From the human T2T-CHM13v2.0 reference genome, Homo sapiens: 64,000 nucleotides of DNA. Positions 30,709 through 44,761 of the stretch are shown in pieces. Position numbers and translations under genes: made by a program. Positions within the stretch are counted from its first letter, which is position 1. Every line of letters begins with the position of its first letter. The stretch lies in assembly GCF_009914755.1 (NCBI RefSeq), contig NC_060933.1; one strand, 5' to 3'. The notes beneath the pieces were generated by a model. The model searched no databases. It had not been told where the DNA came from and worked only from the letters and a program-made list of their open reading frames with translations.

Positions 30709-31734
30709 GTCTAGAGTATCACCCAAGCAAAGGCACTTTAGGCTAATACAAAAACTGGAGTTGAAAATTGGAATTATGGGGTTGAGAAAAAATGGGTCAG
30801 GATATAACTGGGTAGTCCTTAGGTGTCCCAGTTGAGAAGTCAGGATTGGAGAAGAGAGTAGGTGGCATCCACCAGCCCTCCATTGAGTTCCCAGGACCTA
30901 GATTAGTGTCTAGTGGAAAATAAGAACACAGTCCCTCCTTTTTTTTTTTTCAATGAAAGAGTAAAATTAACAAAAAGCAAAGGAATCTGGTCTAAATTTT
31001 CTACTCAGAATGATGCATTTTGAGTAGCAACACAATTTACCACTCTGAGTTTTTAAACTTTAAATCAAGTTTCTGCATGCAAAATTTCATTTTTTGGTTG
31101 TCCTTTGCAATCAATTAGCCGCCACCTTAGAAACTAAAGTATCACCATTTTATTTTTTGTGGTCTGAATTGAAATCTTCAAGTCTTTTTAGACAAATTAG
31201 CAGAGACTACTGTTGCAAAAAGAATGGCGAATTGTTGCTATTACCATAAATTCAAAGTTATTTCATCCTATGTCCCTCTACCGGCTGCTGTGGGTAAATT
31301 ACAGACACAGATTAGACACAGATTCTGCCCTTGGGGAAACTATAAACAATCAAGACTTTTATTTTTTAATAACCGTGTCATCCTCGAGCCATCTGGTGTA
31401 TATTTAGAGTAATGTAATTTCTTCTCTTGCTTGGTGATACTGATATTGTACAGCAAATATATTGCATTTAGAAGAATAATTGGGTTAATTTCTGCATGTA
31501 ATCCAACAGTGATTTAATCTTTCATTCTCTGTGAACCACAATAAATTCTGAATTAGTTCCAGTTTTAGAAAAGTCATAGAAAAGGGGGTATACTGAAAGG
31601 CCAATGTGTATTACCATTTGGAAACACAAGATGATTTTTAAAATATGTTCATCTATTAGGCTGGTCTAAGGGTACTTAAAGAAGAGAAAGATAAAAACAT
31701 CAGATACAAGAAAAGTGGTATCTAAGCAAGGATA

Positions 31735-31950
31735 ATAATAATAGTTATTATTTGTTGAGTATTTACCTATGTCAGGCAGGAAGCGCCAAAAAGACTTTAC
31801 CTATATTTTCTTATTTAATTTTTATAACAGTGCTCTAAAGTATCTGCTATTTCACCCTTTTTAAAGATTAGATAAATGATTCAGAAAAATTAAATTACTC
31901 ACCAGAAATTTCATAGTTGCAAAGTGACATATCTGAGATAATACTCTTCC
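31735..31950 (-). mobile_element. MIR
   Basis: ttatttgttgagtatttacctatgtcaggca..tcttatttaatttttataacag. Confidence 0.7.
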
Positions 31951-32186
31951 ATATGTTTTAATATGTGAATTGTAGCAGGAACATACACATACACACATGC
32001 ACATATGCACATACATACATAACCACGGCACCACTATCAGTAACAACCACATCAAAATTAAACAAATACCTTCAGAAAGAATGGGCATTTCAGTAGGCCC
32101 AATGTAATAAATATATGGTGTGGAGAGGAGATTTTCTGACTGATAAATGCAAGACAATGTATTTATTACTGTTTCTAAAGCTCAAT

Positions 32187-32353
32187 TCAGGAACTCCTAA
32201 CCTCGGGTTTGACTGGGCTTCAGAAAAGTTCATGCAGTCATACATTTTCTACAGAATCTAGTTATGCATGTGTTTTTTTGGGTATTGGGGTCAATAGATT
32301 TTATTAGATTTAGATTCTCAAAGAGATACATGACAAAAGGGTTAAGAACAGTC
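32187..32353. mobile_element. hAT-Charlie MITE (Charlie4z-like)
   Basis: agattctcaaagagatacatgacaaaagggttaagaac. Confidence 0.55.
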
Positions 32354-32629
32354 ACATTAATAAATATAACAATGGAGTGTTAGAGGCATGAGATGTATAG
32401 CATTTTATTCACAAATAATAAAACACAATATTATCCCATGTCCTAATATTAATAGTAACAGTAATAGCAAATATAGCATTTATAGCTAATGTAGTCATCC
32501 ATTTATGACACTAATAAAATTATCAGGGTGCCCTAATGAGTAACAAGATATAGTAGATATCATAATAACTTATATTTTGAAGAAAGAATAAAACATCATT
32601 TATCTCTTTATTCATCTATTTTCATCAAT

Positions 32630-33190
32630 AATTTTCATTCATTTGTTTAACAAATACATATTCAGAGCTAATGTTCCAGGTGTAAAGTTCTCTCTCTTGT
32701 GGAGTTTACCTTGAAGGGGGTACTGAGAAAAGAAATAAATACATATCAAATACTAAGTTGGTGGGAAGTGCTAAAATGAAAATTGAATGAGTGAAGTTCA
32801 GGGAACAATGGGAAATGATGGTTGTATTTTATTTTATTTTATTGATTGATTGAATGCTGGTCTTAATCTGGTGGTCCGAGAAGGTCTTTCTGATAAGGTG
32901 ACATGTAGGCAGAGGCCTGAAGAAAGTGTGTGAAGAAGCCCTGTGGCTACAAAGCAGAGGCTTCAAGGAGGCCTGTGTGGCTAGACAGAGGGAGAGGCAG
33001 AAGAAGGAAAGGAGGGAGGGAGGAAGGGAAGGAATACCAGTTGTAGACAAAAGATTAAACAAGTGTATGTGGAAAGGGCAGCTTCTAGGAGGCCTTGCAT
33101 GCCTGGTATATATATGTATATATATGGATTGGATACTAAGGTAGGAAGCTGATGGAGTGCTTTGTGCAGAAGATGGCTTGATCTGTCAGC
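32630..33190 (-). mobile_element. L2 3' fragment
   Basis: ttcattcatttgtttaacaaatacatatt; ggtggtccgagaaggtctttctgataaggtgacat. Confidence 0.8.
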
Positions 33191-36169
33191 CTAGGTGGTC
33201 ATTTTATTTTCCTTTTCCACGGACTGGGGAAGACATTCCAAAGTTGCTTTCCTTATCTGTGGTTCATTCAAAAGGTTTCTCATTTGTGTACTGGCTGGGT
33301 GTATTTTAGTTACCAGGAAACCTATCCCTTATTTAAGCCTCAGCTTAATTGAATGTAAAATTTAAGGGATGCAGCTTTGAACATTGCTAGATGCCATAAT
33401 TTCAATATTTCCAAAAGGAGTAAACCTGAGCATTCACGTTGCTCATTCTGTATGGCAGTGCAACATGAAAGCTATAATTGCAATAGCTGGAAGAGAGGAG
33501 GCTCACGTGTACCCCATCCTTCCTTTCTGAAAACGGCATCAGACAGGGTCAAAGATGCTGGACTGTGGATTACGCGGTATGTAAAAAGCTTGGCTTCCCA
33601 TATTTGCTATTCCAGACTGCTGCACTGGGACAAGAAAAGCCAAGGTGTATTCAGCCAGTTCAGGAGCCCATCCAGGGGCTAATTTCCAAAACACTGTTCT
33701 ATGTTATTTGAGAAATACTAAGTCTGAACATTAACCAGTAGGTTGAGTACTAGACAGTGGTGCCCTGTAGTGTAAAAAAAAGAAATTTGTGGCAGTTAAA
33801 CTCTTCAACCAAAGCAATGGAAAGAAAATAAAGCAGTAGCATATAAAAATCACAATCAGAAGGTTTCAGAGCCTCTCCAGGACTAGGATTCTTCCACGTG
33901 CCGTTCATTCAGTTCCTGGACTGCGGCAAACGCATCGTCCATTGCGGGGGGCCATAACCCTTTTTTGGTCTGTGTGCCTTGTCACTACAAAGAGATTCCA
34001 ATTCCGATTCACTCTCTGACTGTCTCTCCCTCAATCTCTCTCTCTCATTGAAAACAAGATAGGATTAGGCAAGAATGTATTGTGTGTATTATATTTTTTC
34101 TTACATAGTTGAATAAATCTCAGCTTTTGAGTTGAGCAAAGAAAACAAAGTACTATGTGACATAGTAAGGAAAAGTTGTGAATGTAGCACCGTTCTGTAC
34201 CCTGTACACAGTCTGAAAATCCATTTGAGTTTTTGGATAGATTTGCATATGGATTGAGCGACGATAGACTGATGAGAGGATTCTTGGATGTTGTGAGGAA
34301 AGAGCTCTAGATCCCCTGGAGGCATCCGTGATGCGAGAGAACCTTGCTTGGCCACCCCTCACTTTCAGACACGAAACAAGGAAGCCATGTAAGCAGTTGT
34401 TTCGTTAATCCCAAATAAGGAATAGCAAGTTGTCAGTAAAAAATAGAAATGATGGAGTATAGGTAGGATATTATAAAAATATTCCCATTTGCTCAAATCA
34501 TAAATGCACATTCTAGACGTGTCAAGTGGAAATTAACAGCATATAAATGCATTTTTAATGGTTTGAGTCTCAGCTTATTACCTAAGTCTATAGAAAGTTA
34601 TCACTTCTGTCAATAAGAGTCTTTTGAATTTGATACAAAATACTTCAAACCTACAGAGAGGGACATTACATATAGAGACATTAACATAGAGACATCAATA
34701 TAGAGAGGGACGTTGCAAACACCAGTATACTCATCCCCAGATATAACAAATCTTACTATTTACCATATTTGCGTTAGGTTCTTTTTTTAGTAGATCAAGA
34801 CATCCAGAAAAAAAATTAGGCTACTTCAGCCTACTGTTATTGTTTCATGCTTAATTAGAAGATTTTATATTTCATGGAAATTCTTATGTGGCATTGCTAA
34901 GGCCCTGTGAATCAAGAGTAATCAACCATTACATTTCTTGAAAACCCTACGGATACATAGGTCTCAAGGCTCCTCATGTTACTCTCAACCAAAAGCTAAA
35001 ACCAAAATGTGTGCCTCAGAAACTATTGAACTGAAATATTTTTTGGAAGGGAGAGTTCAGGGCAGAGAGGTTGGCCTGGACTGTTATTGACTAGGGTGTG
35101 ATTCATGGACAGGGACAGGGTTCTCCGAGGGGCAATCTCTAATGTGTTTGGAATCCCTGAGGTATTCCCCAATGGAATCATGTACTATGAGACTCCTCAA
35201 AAATATATACTTATTACAAATAAAATAGCATGCTAATGCTTACCTGTAATAAATACTATCTAATTTCCTGCCCCTTTGTATGTAAGTGTGAATTAGTCTT
35301 GAAATAGAAAAGTGTTATCAGTGTAGTTTACATGAATTAAAGTTCTTGCTTGCTACTATCTGTTGATAAATTTTCTCATTCTATTTTAAGTACATTTGAA
35401 CTCAGACACACAAGCCTGCCCTCCAGTCATTCTATACATTTTTTCAATGGGCATTTTAATTCCTCAGGGTTATCATTGAGATTGTCTGTAACTGGAAGAT
35501 GACTAAGGGTCTGAGAAATGTCTGACAAATGTCCAGTATTTCATGTGTTCAAATCCAGTAACAAGATGTGTAGGGACAGGATTGAATGCCTGTTCCTGAC
35601 TCCCTCTTTGGGAGAGATATCTGGAGGGGTACCAGTGAGGACTGTGGTTCTCTTGAGATCAATGGGGAATAAAGAAGTAGGGGATGTGGTTGCCCTGGTT
35701 CCTGGTGAGAACCTAAAGAATGGAAACAGAAGAAAAGAATGTCCTTTTTCAAGACAGAGCAAAGGCCCAGCTTTAGACACTACCTTCTGAGCCCTAGAAA
35801 ACCTGGGAATCCCCTCCCCTCAAAGAGCATCCTCAGCTACGGAGTTGATCTCGGTGACCTGGGAACACCTGAATCAGTGCTGTGGATGGCTGGGGCCCTG
35901 GGAAGTGATGCCCATGGAAGTCAGAAGTGTTCTCATGCCTTGCTCGTGGAAGAGGGGGCTTCTTGTTCCTGGGAAGCTGGGGATACAGTGGCGGTTTTCC
36001 ACACCCCGCTCCATGTTCGAGGCTCCTCATTCCTGAATGAATTCCTTGCAGATGGTAAGAGAAGAAATGACTCGTTTTCTACCACCAGCCCGTTTGCCAC
36101 TGCTAAGGAATCTCTACCAACTTATGTGTGAGTGCTAAAGAAACGCAAAACTCTGGTCAGGAGAGAATA

Positions 36170-38640
36170 ATGACAACTCACTAAAGAAAAATATGATCCT
36201 GATGGGGAGCCCATGTGACTGTCTTAGAGCAGCAGATCTCAATGAAGAAATAGAAGAGAATGTTAACAAAAAACAGAAACAGCACAGAACTGTCAGGAAG
36301 ATGTAATTAGGGTACCAAAATTTAACTCTAAAACTAAAAAAAAGTATAATTAAAAATTAATAGATAAATGGATTAGAAGAATCATTACTGTAAAAACTGA
36401 AAATGTGATGTAGAAAATTAAGAGGCAGAAGTTGAAGTTTACAGAAAACAGACTTGGAAGACATATCTAGAACACACAGCATGCACTCATAAGAGTTCTA
36501 GAACAAGAAATAATTGGAGATAAAAACAGGAAAAATAATTAATAACATATAAAATAGTTTTCTGAAGACGGTGTTGAGTTTCTAGACAAGAAAGTTTTAT
36601 CGAGTCCTGAAAGAAGCATTTTGATGTTTCCGAGTGACTTTCTAAACTTCAAAAGGACAGTGAAAAAAACCTGACAATTTTCTAGATAGAAAGTACAAGT
36701 TATCAACAAAGGATGTACTTCTGAATGGCAGGAGAATATATGACAGTATTATAAATGCTTATCCTTTAAAGTTATTTTAATTAAATTCATTTTCTATTAG
36801 AGTATCAATTGGGTTTATGTATTCTTTGTTTGCAGGAAGGGACTGGATAAAATGATTTCAAGGCTCACATGGAAGAAAAAGGGTGTGACAAGACCCAAGA
36901 AAGTCCTGGGAAAAGAGTTGTGTGTGAAGCTTGCCTTACAAATTGTTATCAGTTGTTTCTATAACCCTACTACAAACCAAACAGGATAGAGCTGGCACGG
37001 GCACAGAGAAAGATATTGGTGCAACACAGTAAATATCCAGAAATAGTTTCAAATATATGTGAGAAATTAAAAATTGACAAGGATGGCATTTCAATTCAGT
37101 GGGAAAAATTTGGTTCAACTAAATAAAACTGGATAGCATTGCTGACATAATGACTATCCAACACAGGAAAAAGCAAGCTAAACACCAATCCATATTACAA
37201 AATGAATTCCAGATCAATTAAAGATATAAATATAAAATATGAAATTAAAGATATTTTAAAATTTCCTACCAAGACAGGAAACCAAGATACTAAAAGAAAA
37301 AAAATGAACCATGTAACTTTTTAAATTGGATGATATAGTATAAAAAGAAGAAAGAAAAATGAGCGGTTAGGAGAAAAGTTTAGGAGAAAAGTTGCAGTAC
37401 ATAGGAAAAATGAAGGGTTAGTATCCCTAATATTAAGAGTTTCTATAATTATTTTTTAAAGACATATAACTCAGTAGAAAAATAGGCAAATAATTCGAAA
37501 GTGGAATCCAAATGGCCTATAGACATGAACATGGCCTATAAATGTGCTCAACCTCATTTACTGGTTACAGAAGAAATGCAAATCAAACTCAAAATGAGAT
37601 ACAGTTGCCCCTTGTTATCCATTGGGGGTTGGTTCCAGGACCTCCCATGGATACCAAAATCCTTGAATGTTCAAGTCCCTGATATAAAATGGTATACTAT
37701 TTGCATAAATCTACACATATCCCCCTGTATACTTTAAATCACCTCTAGATTACTTATATACCTAATACAATGTAAAGGCTATGTAAACAATTGTTATACT
37801 ATTGTTTAAGAAATAATGACAGGAAGAAAAAAGTCTATACATGTTCAGTACAAATGCAATTTTTTTTCAAAATTTTCTATCCACGGTTGATTGAGTCCAC
37901 GGATACAGAGCCCGCTGATAAGGGGGTGCTGACTGTATTTTAAAGCCCATCATACTAGCAAAACTTCAAGAGTAAAATTATCTATTCCTGGTAAGAATGT
38001 TAGGAAATGAGCATCTTAAATGTTGCTGGTTGGGTATTAGTTGTCACCATTTTTGAAAGTTATCTTGCTGTATCTAATAAAATTTACAAATACATATGCT
38101 TTGACTAAGCTATCTAACTTTGGAGAATCTCTGGAAAGCAAGCAGCAGGAGATAAACATATGTTACACTATGTTTATTACCTCATTATCTTCCAGTCCTT
38201 TAAACTGTAAAGAAAATAAATTTTCACCATTAGGAAAATATTTGAATTGATTGTGGCATGTCCATACTATGGAATACTGTGCCGCTATTTGAAAAGAATG
38301 TTACATTTATGTCTGTCCATTTGGAGAGGTTTCTATGATGTAGCTGTCATGATGAGTGAGGAAACCAAGGTGTAGAACAATATGTATGGTACTATCTCAT
38401 TTCTAAACCAAATAAAAAGCTGAAACCTTACCTATGTCTATATATGAGTGTATATGTCTGTATGGGTATACATAAAGTGGTAGAAGGATGAACATCGGAT
38501 GTTAACATTGGTTACCTCAGGAAGGAGGGAATGAAAGGGACCCTGGGTGGATGGAGATGACTAATTTCTCCTTTATACATCTTTTGAAGATTTTCTTGGT
38601 AACAATGATCATATATTAGTTTAGTGCTAAAAAATAACAA
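36170..38640 (+). mobile_element. Ancient L1ME-class fragments (ORF1-like part, ORF2 end, 3' UTR)
   Basis: cataagagttctagaacaagaaa; aaaatgaattccagatcaattaaaga; tccatactatggaatactgtgccgctatt. Confidence 0.7.
37602..37935. mobile_element. MER2 (TcMar-Tigger MITE) inserted in L1ME
   Basis: TA-cagttgccccttgttatcc ... gctgactg-TA; ggttccaggacc..ggataccaaaatcc. Confidence 0.9.
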
Positions 38641-39284
38641 GAAAGTAAAATAATTCTAACTAGTTGTCTAATTTTATCAAAGATAGTGTAAAAAACTAGG
38701 CCTATATTTCTTTTCTAAAAATAGAATGAAAACTTCCACTTTCCCCCATTACTATAGGAAGCGTCGCTGATTACTTCCTAAACCCCAAGAACAGAAGCAG
38801 CTTACAAAAAATTGTAAGTGACCTGGGTTGTATATCTCTCACTGCTCTGTGGGCAAAGTCAGGGGAAAATGCTTCTTTCTAGAAGTTGTCAAGCTTCCCT
38901 GTGGTCTGTCTGGTTGGTTCCTTGTTTCTAGCTGGAACTGCTTTTCAGGTCTTTCATTTTAATCCAATTTGATGCTTTAAAGAAATTCTAGCTAGTAGGA
39001 GCAGCCCCATAATTTCCGGAGATCTCCCCTTAAATAACAATTCCACTAGAATCTTAGCTTCACACACACTACTAAAGCTGTAGTTCTTAGGTAGTGGGAC
39101 GAGGCAAGCACCAGCAGTGATAATGGCATGCTTTTTGATGAGTCTTTGATGATATACAACTTTTCAAGCACATTGCCATCTTCATTCCTTTGGCAACAAA
39201 TTTACGTGCCAATTCACGTGCTGACCCATCTGTGTGCAACCTGCCACTGTAGACCAGATATCATCGTGTTTGGGAGGCAGCACC

Positions 39285-39897
<613 letters not shown>

Positions 39898-40465
39898 CCC
39901 CCGCCCCCCCCAGTACTCTTAAATACACTTTGCAGTAAGGAGAAAGTGTGGGAAGAAGAGAATTGTGAGTGGAGCATTTTACAATCATTTTTAAAATTAA
40001 GAACAGTTGGTATGTATAAAGTTATTAGCTATGTGGCAAGAAGGGGAAAATTTTGTCGGCTTTGCTAATTTACTTTGTTAAACTTAAATCTGATACATAA
40101 GGAGCTAAATTTATGACATTATCTAGAGCAAGAATTAAATTGGTAATCTTCCCTTGTCTTAGCAATAGAAACCCAATTTTCCAAAGCCAGCTCACCTGCG
40201 TTTGATGATCTATAGGTTATATTTTTTCTGTATTTAAAGTGTGACCTTACTGGATTTGCAAATGATATTGCATTTATTTTCATTAAATGTTTGAGTGAAA
40301 GTTTCTATATCTGACTTGTCTTCATTTTTCCTCCTAATAAACTTGATATTGTTTGAAATCTTGTTTGGCATTATAATATTAACAAATTCCAGCTTTTGGT
40401 GTTTTAGTGTCCTGGCTGTCAAGGGATGAAAGCTGAAGGGTCCCGTGTATTTGCACATTCGTAGG

Positions 40466-40500
40466 CTGTAACTCCACACAGAAACCACTAGGGGGCGCTG
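40466..40500 (+). promoter_or_regulatory. Predicted CTCF binding site (core plus upstream motif)
   Basis: CCACTAGGGGGCGCTG at 40485-40500; CTGTAACTCC at 40466-40475 at the usual upstream-motif spacing. Confidence 0.85.
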
Positions 40501-42559
40501 CCGCATTCTTTACCTTGTAGCAGGCGTATAAGCGGCAGGCGTATGAGCGTTTGCTAGCATCTTTAAATCATGTGTGTATGCTCATACTTAGAAAAAAAAA
40601 AAGAATGAGGCTTTGATAGTAAAAACAGACGAAACTCTCAGCAGGTTTCACATGTCAGTACTTAATTTCTGCAGAGTCAGAAAGAAGGCTTTGTTTTTTA
40701 GGCTGTACTCCTGTGACCAGCTACTTATGTTAACTTCTAGAAAAGCTTTGAGCATTTCTGTGACTCCCCAGTGCATTTAGCATTTCCTATGTAATAAGAA
40801 ATAGGCCTTTTACATTACAGGATATGTATGAATAAAGGTGTGAAATATGAACCAATCATAAATATAGTGGTTTCCTCTCTAAAGGAAATATCTATGTTTG
40901 CAAATCCAGAGACAGGTGAAAATGAGGACTTTGTCTTTTCATATGCTGTTATTAAATCTTATTTATTTGGATGCAATTCATCGTTCTGTCGAAATCCCAC
41001 TCCTTGCCCACTCCCTCCCACCTCTCTGCCTCTTTCCCTGGTCTCCAGCTGGCCCTTGGTAAGCCTTTCCATCTACCCTCTTTGTCAGAAGACTCAGGGA
41101 GTCTTTCTGACTACATAACTGCGAAGCAGAGATTATAATCTGTTTCTAAATCTGATTGTGGTCTTGTTTCTCATATGCAACTGACTTTCGCCCCCATCAA
41201 AGAGCCCTGTTTTTGATTTTTCATGTCTGGATGACTACAACATTATCTTTGGCAATCTTCCTTGTTTCCTATTTGAAGATGCTCTTCCAACCGAAAAGCA
41301 TAATTTCTCTCACTCTTATCATGAGATTCCATTTCTTAAAATGTGACATAATGCTTCTCTGAGCATAGTCTACAAGTCTACATTCTGCACCTTTAAATTG
41401 AAGGTCCCCTTCTTACTCAGCTTCCATGACATGAAATCTCATAAATGACCTTGAGGAGGGTTTTATTCATGCTGGATCAAAGGCAAAGGGCATCGTACAG
41501 GCTGGGACGTTTGTCTAAGCATGAGAAGTTTGACAAAGATGGAAGACGCTAGGCAGGCAATAGGTTGGTTGCAATAAGAAAGGGCAACTTAGACCCTTGA
41601 ACTCCTGACAGGGTTTCCAGGAGTTCCTCAAAGGTAGGGTGTAGGTACAGGAAAGAATGCAAAGTACAGTCCAATGAACCCTGAGGTTGGAGGATATAGA
41701 TGCTTAATGGAGCTTGCAAAAGTCATTGTGAACCTTCTCTGTCTAAAACACTATCCTAGATGTTAGATGATGTTTTGAAAAAGAAATGGGCATAGACATG
41801 AATAGAATATGGTTTCTGACATCAAAGGAGTTAACAGCCCATTGGGGAAGACCAAGGAGCCAGTGCTATAGTAGGAGAGGGACAGAGAGGCTTAAGAGCT
41901 AATTCTGGAACCTACTAGCCTCAGGAAGTTTTGCTTCTAGCCCAGGATTCATTATTTACATGTGAACCAGATGAGCCAGCGGTGTTGCCCAGCAACCATC
42001 GTAATATACAGCCCGGGTGCTCTGATAGTGACATCTCCCTGTCAGCACTGCCTGTTCCTTGGGAATGTTTTCTTTGATTCATTTTCCCAAGAAATTTCAT
42101 TAAGCCATATTCAAAGTAAAAGAGTTTTAAACCCCCACTGACTTTTACCCCTCTTCTGTGCTTGTACTTTATCTGCCAGAGAAGTCCCAGAGACAGCTGT
42201 ACCCCTGCCTCAAGCTTACACATTCCATGAGAGTGGTTTTTGTTCATTAAAAATAATTTCCTGATATCTTCAACTTATCTTAAATTCATCCAAAAAATAA
42301 GCTTGATTGATGTACAGGTAGAATGTTGGATAGATGATAGGTATGAAATAAGTCAAATATAATAAAATATCAATTACAAAAATTAGATGTCAGGTATGGT
42401 GATCATCACAACACAATTCTTTAAATTTTCATATTTGAAATTTTTCATAAAAATGTTTTTTAAAAACAAAAAGTTATTTTGTAATTTTCTAATTTATCAA
42501 GAGTATCTTGCTACAGAATGGAGGAGATCCAAAAAGATAATGTGAAAGGCAGAGAATTC

Positions 42560-43397
42560 AAAACAAAATCCAACTCAATTAAAAATTTGCAATGGACTTG
42601 AATAGACATTTTCTCTAAAGATATACAGATGTTCAATAAGCGCATGAAAAGATGCTCAACACCCCAGTTATTAGGAAAATGTACAATAACACAACAATGA
42701 AATATCACTTCACACTACAATAGTTATTATTCCAAAATAATAATAATAACAACAACAGAAAATAAAATGTGTGGGTGATGATATGGAGATATTGGAATCT
42801 TCGTGCATTGCTGTTGGGAGTGTAAAATAGTACAGCCCCTATGAAAAACAGTTGAGCAGCTTCTCAAAAAGTTAAGCACAGAATTACTTTATCATCCAGC
42901 TATATTCTCTTTCTAGATATATACCCCCAAAGAACCGAAAGCACACACCCATGTTTATAGTGCATTATTCACAATAGCTAAAAGGTGGAAACAACAGATG
43001 AGTAGATAAATGAGGCCTAGACATAAAATATTATTTGGTCATAAAAAGAAATGATTCTGATAGAGTTATAATGAATCTTACAAATATGCTAGGTAAAATA
43101 AGGACAAATACTATGTGATTCCAATTATAGAAGGCACCTAGAATAGGAAACTTCATAGAGACAGAAACGAGAATTGAGATCTTCAGAGCAGAAGGAAGGA
43201 GGGAAAAAGGAGTTATTGTTTCCTGGGTACAGAATTTCTGTTTGGGATGATGAAAAAGTTTTTGGAAATAGATCTTGGTGATAGCTGCACAACAATGTGA
43301 ATGAACGTACGTAAAGCTGCTAAGTTGTACTCTTAAAAATAGGTAAAATGGCAAATTTTATGTTATGTGTATTTACAAGTAATAAAATAAAAACCAG
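42560..43397 (+). mobile_element. L1MB-type 3' end
   Basis: ggacttgaatagacattttctctaaagatatacagatg; gtacagaatttctgtttgggatgatgaaaaagttttgg. Confidence 0.88.
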
Positions 43398-43483
43398 GTT
43401 TTTTGCTAAATTGTACACTTAAAAATAGGCAAAATGGCAAATTTTATGTTGTATGTATTTACCAGTAATAAAAGAACAACCAG
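43318..43483. repeat. Tandem duplication (86-bp period) of the L1 3' terminus
   Basis: 43318-43397 vs 43404-43483, about 8 mismatches in 80 bp. Confidence 0.92.
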
Positions 43484-43699
43484 AGTTCCTTTCTCAAACA
43501 AGATGCGTACGCAAGAAAAAGATCAATGAAAAGGCAAGGTGATATGCTAGTATACAAAATGAGGTAAACGAGGAATTATCTGAAATAAAAGAAAAAGAGT
43601 TGGAGATGACAGAACATTGGGAGAAAGAGGGTTCTGAGCCAGAAAGCCACATAGGAGAAAGGAGGATGGGGAATGCAGGGAGAGCCTCAGAGCCTGCCA

Positions 43700-44510
43700 G
43701 GGCCTCCTTGTAATTGCAGCTTTCTCTGCATTCTCTCTTCTTCCCTTAATCTGCCATCCTTGCCTCTTGCCATTCTGTTCCAAAGGGAGAGGTCTCACCT
43801 AGCAGAGACAATCACATTCCTGTGTGGCCTGGATCTCCACACCCACCGCCAGTGCCTTCTCCAGGACCCTCATGGCACCAGGATCCCCGCCCGCATCATC
43901 GATCTTTCCCTGGCTCCTGGAGTCTTCCAGTAGCGCTTCTGTGTGCTTACATTGCTCTCTCAAATGAACCAACAAAGCCTGCAAATTCTGCCTGGTCCCT
44001 CACACACCAGGTTGTCTCTCATCTTTCTCCTTGTCATAACCACGCATCTTCACTTACTGTCTACACATCCTTAATTTTATTCAGTCTTTATTATACTTTG
44101 GCTTCTCTCCTGATTATTGAATGAAATTGCTTCTGCGTAGGTCAGCAATGACCTTCATCTTACCAAGTCCAGTGAACATTCCTCAGTCCTTACCAGAATT
44201 GCCACGATCATTCAACGCACTTGACGACTCCCTTCTTGACATAGTCTCTGCCATTGGCTTCCAGTTAAGTGACTTTTCTTTGACTCTGAGTCTTCACTGT
44301 TGGCTTCTGTTTCCTGCATATTTCTCCTGGCTCCATATTATATCCTCTTTCCTTCTCTCTACATTCATTTCCTAGGCAATTTCTTATGCTCATGTGGGCT
44401 TAAAACACCATCCATGTGCTTACCAAAGTCATAGCTTCCAGCCCAAACTTTAGGAATGAAAGGCCCATATAGCCAACCACCTACTACCCATCTTAGTTAA
44501 ATTCCTCATC
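43700..44510 (+). mobile_element. L2 fragment
   Basis: aggtcagcaatgaccttcatcttaccaagtccagtg; gactcccttcttgacata; atatagccaaccacctact. Confidence 0.75.
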
Positions 44511-44511
44511 T

Positions 44512-44761
44512 ACGCTTTGGGAAGCTGAGGTGAGCGGACCACTTGAACCCAGGAGTTTAAGACCAGCCTGGGCGACACGGTGAAACCCGTCTCTACAAAA
44601 AGTACAAAAAATTAGCCAGGCATGGTGGCACATGCCTGTAGTCCCAGCTACTCAGGAGGCTGAGGTGAGCCCGGGAGGCAGAGGTTGCAGTAAGCTAATA
44701 TCCTGCCACCACACTCCAGCCTGTATGACAGAATAACTCTGTCTCAAAAAAAAAAAAAAAA
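44512..44761 (+). mobile_element. AluJ, 5'-truncated, internal deletion
   Basis: cacttgaacccaggagtttaagaccagcctgggc; A15 tail. Confidence 0.9.

Noticed and set aside
33756-33774. Weak CTCF-like motif on - (acactacagggcacc)
   Set aside because: Mismatches at high-information core positions
33880-33970. Pol III ncRNA ending in a T-run
   Set aside because: No A/B boxes and no resemblance to tRNA, Y, U6, 7SK or vault RNA that I can see
35739-36131. 130-aa ORF as CDS
   Set aside because: No recognisable homology or strong acceptor; this length is compatible with chance in GC-richer DNA
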